Source: Phoronis australis (taxonomy: Eukaryota; Animalia; Phoronida). Taken from it: a DNA stretch of 64,000 bases. The notes below the pieces were generated by a model. That model saw only the letters and a program-made list of their open reading frames with translations, had not been told where the DNA came from and ran no database searches. The stretch is from NCBI GenBank assembly GCA_002633005.1, contig NMRA01000902.1, positions 1-64,000 on the forward strand. The letters run 5' to 3'. Below are positions 62,193-64,000 of this stretch, piece by piece. Each line of letters begins with the position of its first letter. Within the stretch, counting starts at the first letter, position 1. The position numbers were made by a program, and so were the translations under genes.

Positions 62193-63129
62193 CTAAATAA
62201 AGGTTTAGACATGTAATTATTTGGCCTTGCATCCCAGAAAAAAATCTCCTCTATAACTATCATTTATGGATATATTCACAGAGAATTTTTACTTTTGATG
62301 AGGTGTGATTTATTTATTGTTCAAAGATATTTATGTCGAGCGTAAGTTACAAGTCACTTTTCTTAGGCATTAATGCTTCTGTTGCCATACCACCTGACCG
62401 ACGACTGCCTCGCGAATTAAAACGAATATCTTTAGAGCAGTGTAATAGACATCGCAGTCTCATTTTAAACATTACACTCACATCGGCAAAAGATTCTCGA
62501 AATCATACATGTATTCCATCCGATGCGCAAATACCTATCTTTTGTCTGCGTTCTAGTAACACGGTTACACACTTTTGAGCAAAACATGGATAACAAAAAA
62601 TGAGTGAAATGCTAAGATGAGATCGGAATTTTAATAGCCTGAACATCATTTGAACAGCAGTCTATTTTATTTACTTGTCATATTGAAATAAGTAATGTCT
62701 AAAGTCTGCGTGTGTGTTGCCATAGATACATCTGCAAGTGACACAAATTAACCGGTTCCAAATGACGCAAAACGGGAAGAAATCTACCAAAGCAAATACA
62801 CGACAAATCTTTGTGCCTCATTCAGCTAACACTTCACGACCTTCGGCGAACCAAGAGTAACACTCGACATGACAAGCCACTTAATGATAAAACTGTCATC
62901 TCTCTTTGTAATTCTAATATAAGCAGCTAGTTTTGTACGATAATATATTTGATAACCCAAATCCGCACTTAAGACGAGTTTATGAGTATCTATTTCCAGG
63001 GACACCCAACCATAGGCCTGAAGGTGCTATGCCCATTGTAAAGAAAGAGGCTAATCGGTCGCACCAGTTAATGCTATATTGCAAGCATTTTTGTTGTTAT
63101 TAATTATTATTCTATTAGTATTTTTGTTA

Positions 63130-63990
63130 TTATTTTTGTGATCATCATGGTCTCTCCTATTGTATTTTATGGATCTGAAATATGGTGGTATTGTCAATAT
63201 AAATATGTAAAGCACGCGCTGTTAAAGTCTGTTGGGTGTAAACTGCATCACTTAACAATGTCACTGTTTTCGAGAATGTGGAAGACTTCCACTTTTTGTG
63301 AAATACCTTGTGAGGTTTATCAAATACTGACTTAAATTAATAAGAATGCCAAGAAGAAGGTATTGTAGAGCTGTCCATGACTTGTTGTTTGACCTGGACT
63401 GTACGTGGCGTACTTGAGCGACCTCTGTTAAATTATTATTATGAATGTATGGTTTTGGTCTGGTGTGGCTGCAATACGATGTCGAGTCTGTCTGAGGAAT
63501 TGTTTTTGATAACACTTGAACAGAGATTCACAGACTGTTATTTACAGGAGTGCGACAATATTAATCTGAACAGTTCTAAACACTAAACTTATATCTCAAT
63601 CAAAAACGATTTTGGATTTGAATCGTACCCATCTTTGCCTATACCACTTAGTTTTATTAGCTCTATAGCACGACTGATTTCCTCAAATCATAAGTTAAAC
63701 GTAGAGGCCGGTCTTCATCATGGTGTTGACCGTCAGCTCAGACATGTTTTGTTTTTGTTCATGTAAAACCGTTGAGGGTGAATATCATTTTATCTGTCTT
63801 TGTAGCAAATATCACAATTGAGAACATTATTAATTGAGAACATTATTTCATCTCTTGTGGCGCGTGGTATGATCCAAATATATTCAAATTTAAGAAACTT
63901 CTAAGCAATAATGACATAAGTAGATTAATAATACTGGTGGAGCATGTGTATCACGCTACGTCCGCAACAACAAAGTTCTTATAAGAATGT
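63130..63990 (+). mobile_element. Degenerate non-LTR retrotransposon (LINE) ORF2 3' fragment
   Basis: Frameshifted peptides VSPIVFYGSEIW, LEQRFTDCYLQE...INLNSSK and later SNHKLNVEAG...HFIC are typical of the post-RT region of LINE ORF2. Multiple stops and frameshifts are present. Clade not assigned. Confidence 0.75.
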
Positions 63991-64000
63991 CCTTCATTAA

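Noticed and set aside
58000-63100. Search for RFX6 DNA-binding-domain exons
   Set aside because: No convincing exon found. They presumably lie beyond the right edge, though a micro-exon could have been missed.

Overview
Eukaryotic, AT-rich animal genomic DNA with spliceosomal introns. The gene content (BAZ1B/WSTF, RFX6, CBM14-like proteins) suggests a marine invertebrate, probably a lophotrochozoan; this is inference only. Exon chains were rebuilt by hand with phase checks. Left to right: (1) a ~98% identical copy of the GEN1 3' flank ending in a 55-bp minisatellite; (2) the first five exons of BAZ1B/WSTF (minus strand), with a textbook U12 AT-AC first intron and no further exon visible; (3) head-to-head with it, a complete 9-coding-exon GEN1 Holliday-junction resolvase (~863 aa, one GC-AG intron), whose introns carry minisatellites and degenerate repeats with periodic CTCF-like motifs; (4) an intronless 219-aa ORF of unknown family; (5) a tandem pair of 4-exon secreted proteins (signal peptide, putative Methyltransf_FA-like domain, atypical 8-Cys CBM14-like domain) plus a decayed third terminal exon; (6) 14 exons of RFX6 (minus strand; DNA-binding-domain exons not found in the window); (7) a decayed LINE 3' fragment. 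Three single-N gaps (8043, 14171, 30213) are each flanked by near-identical duplicates that look like uncollapsed haplotype overlaps. Family assignments come from recalled sequence motifs, not database searches.
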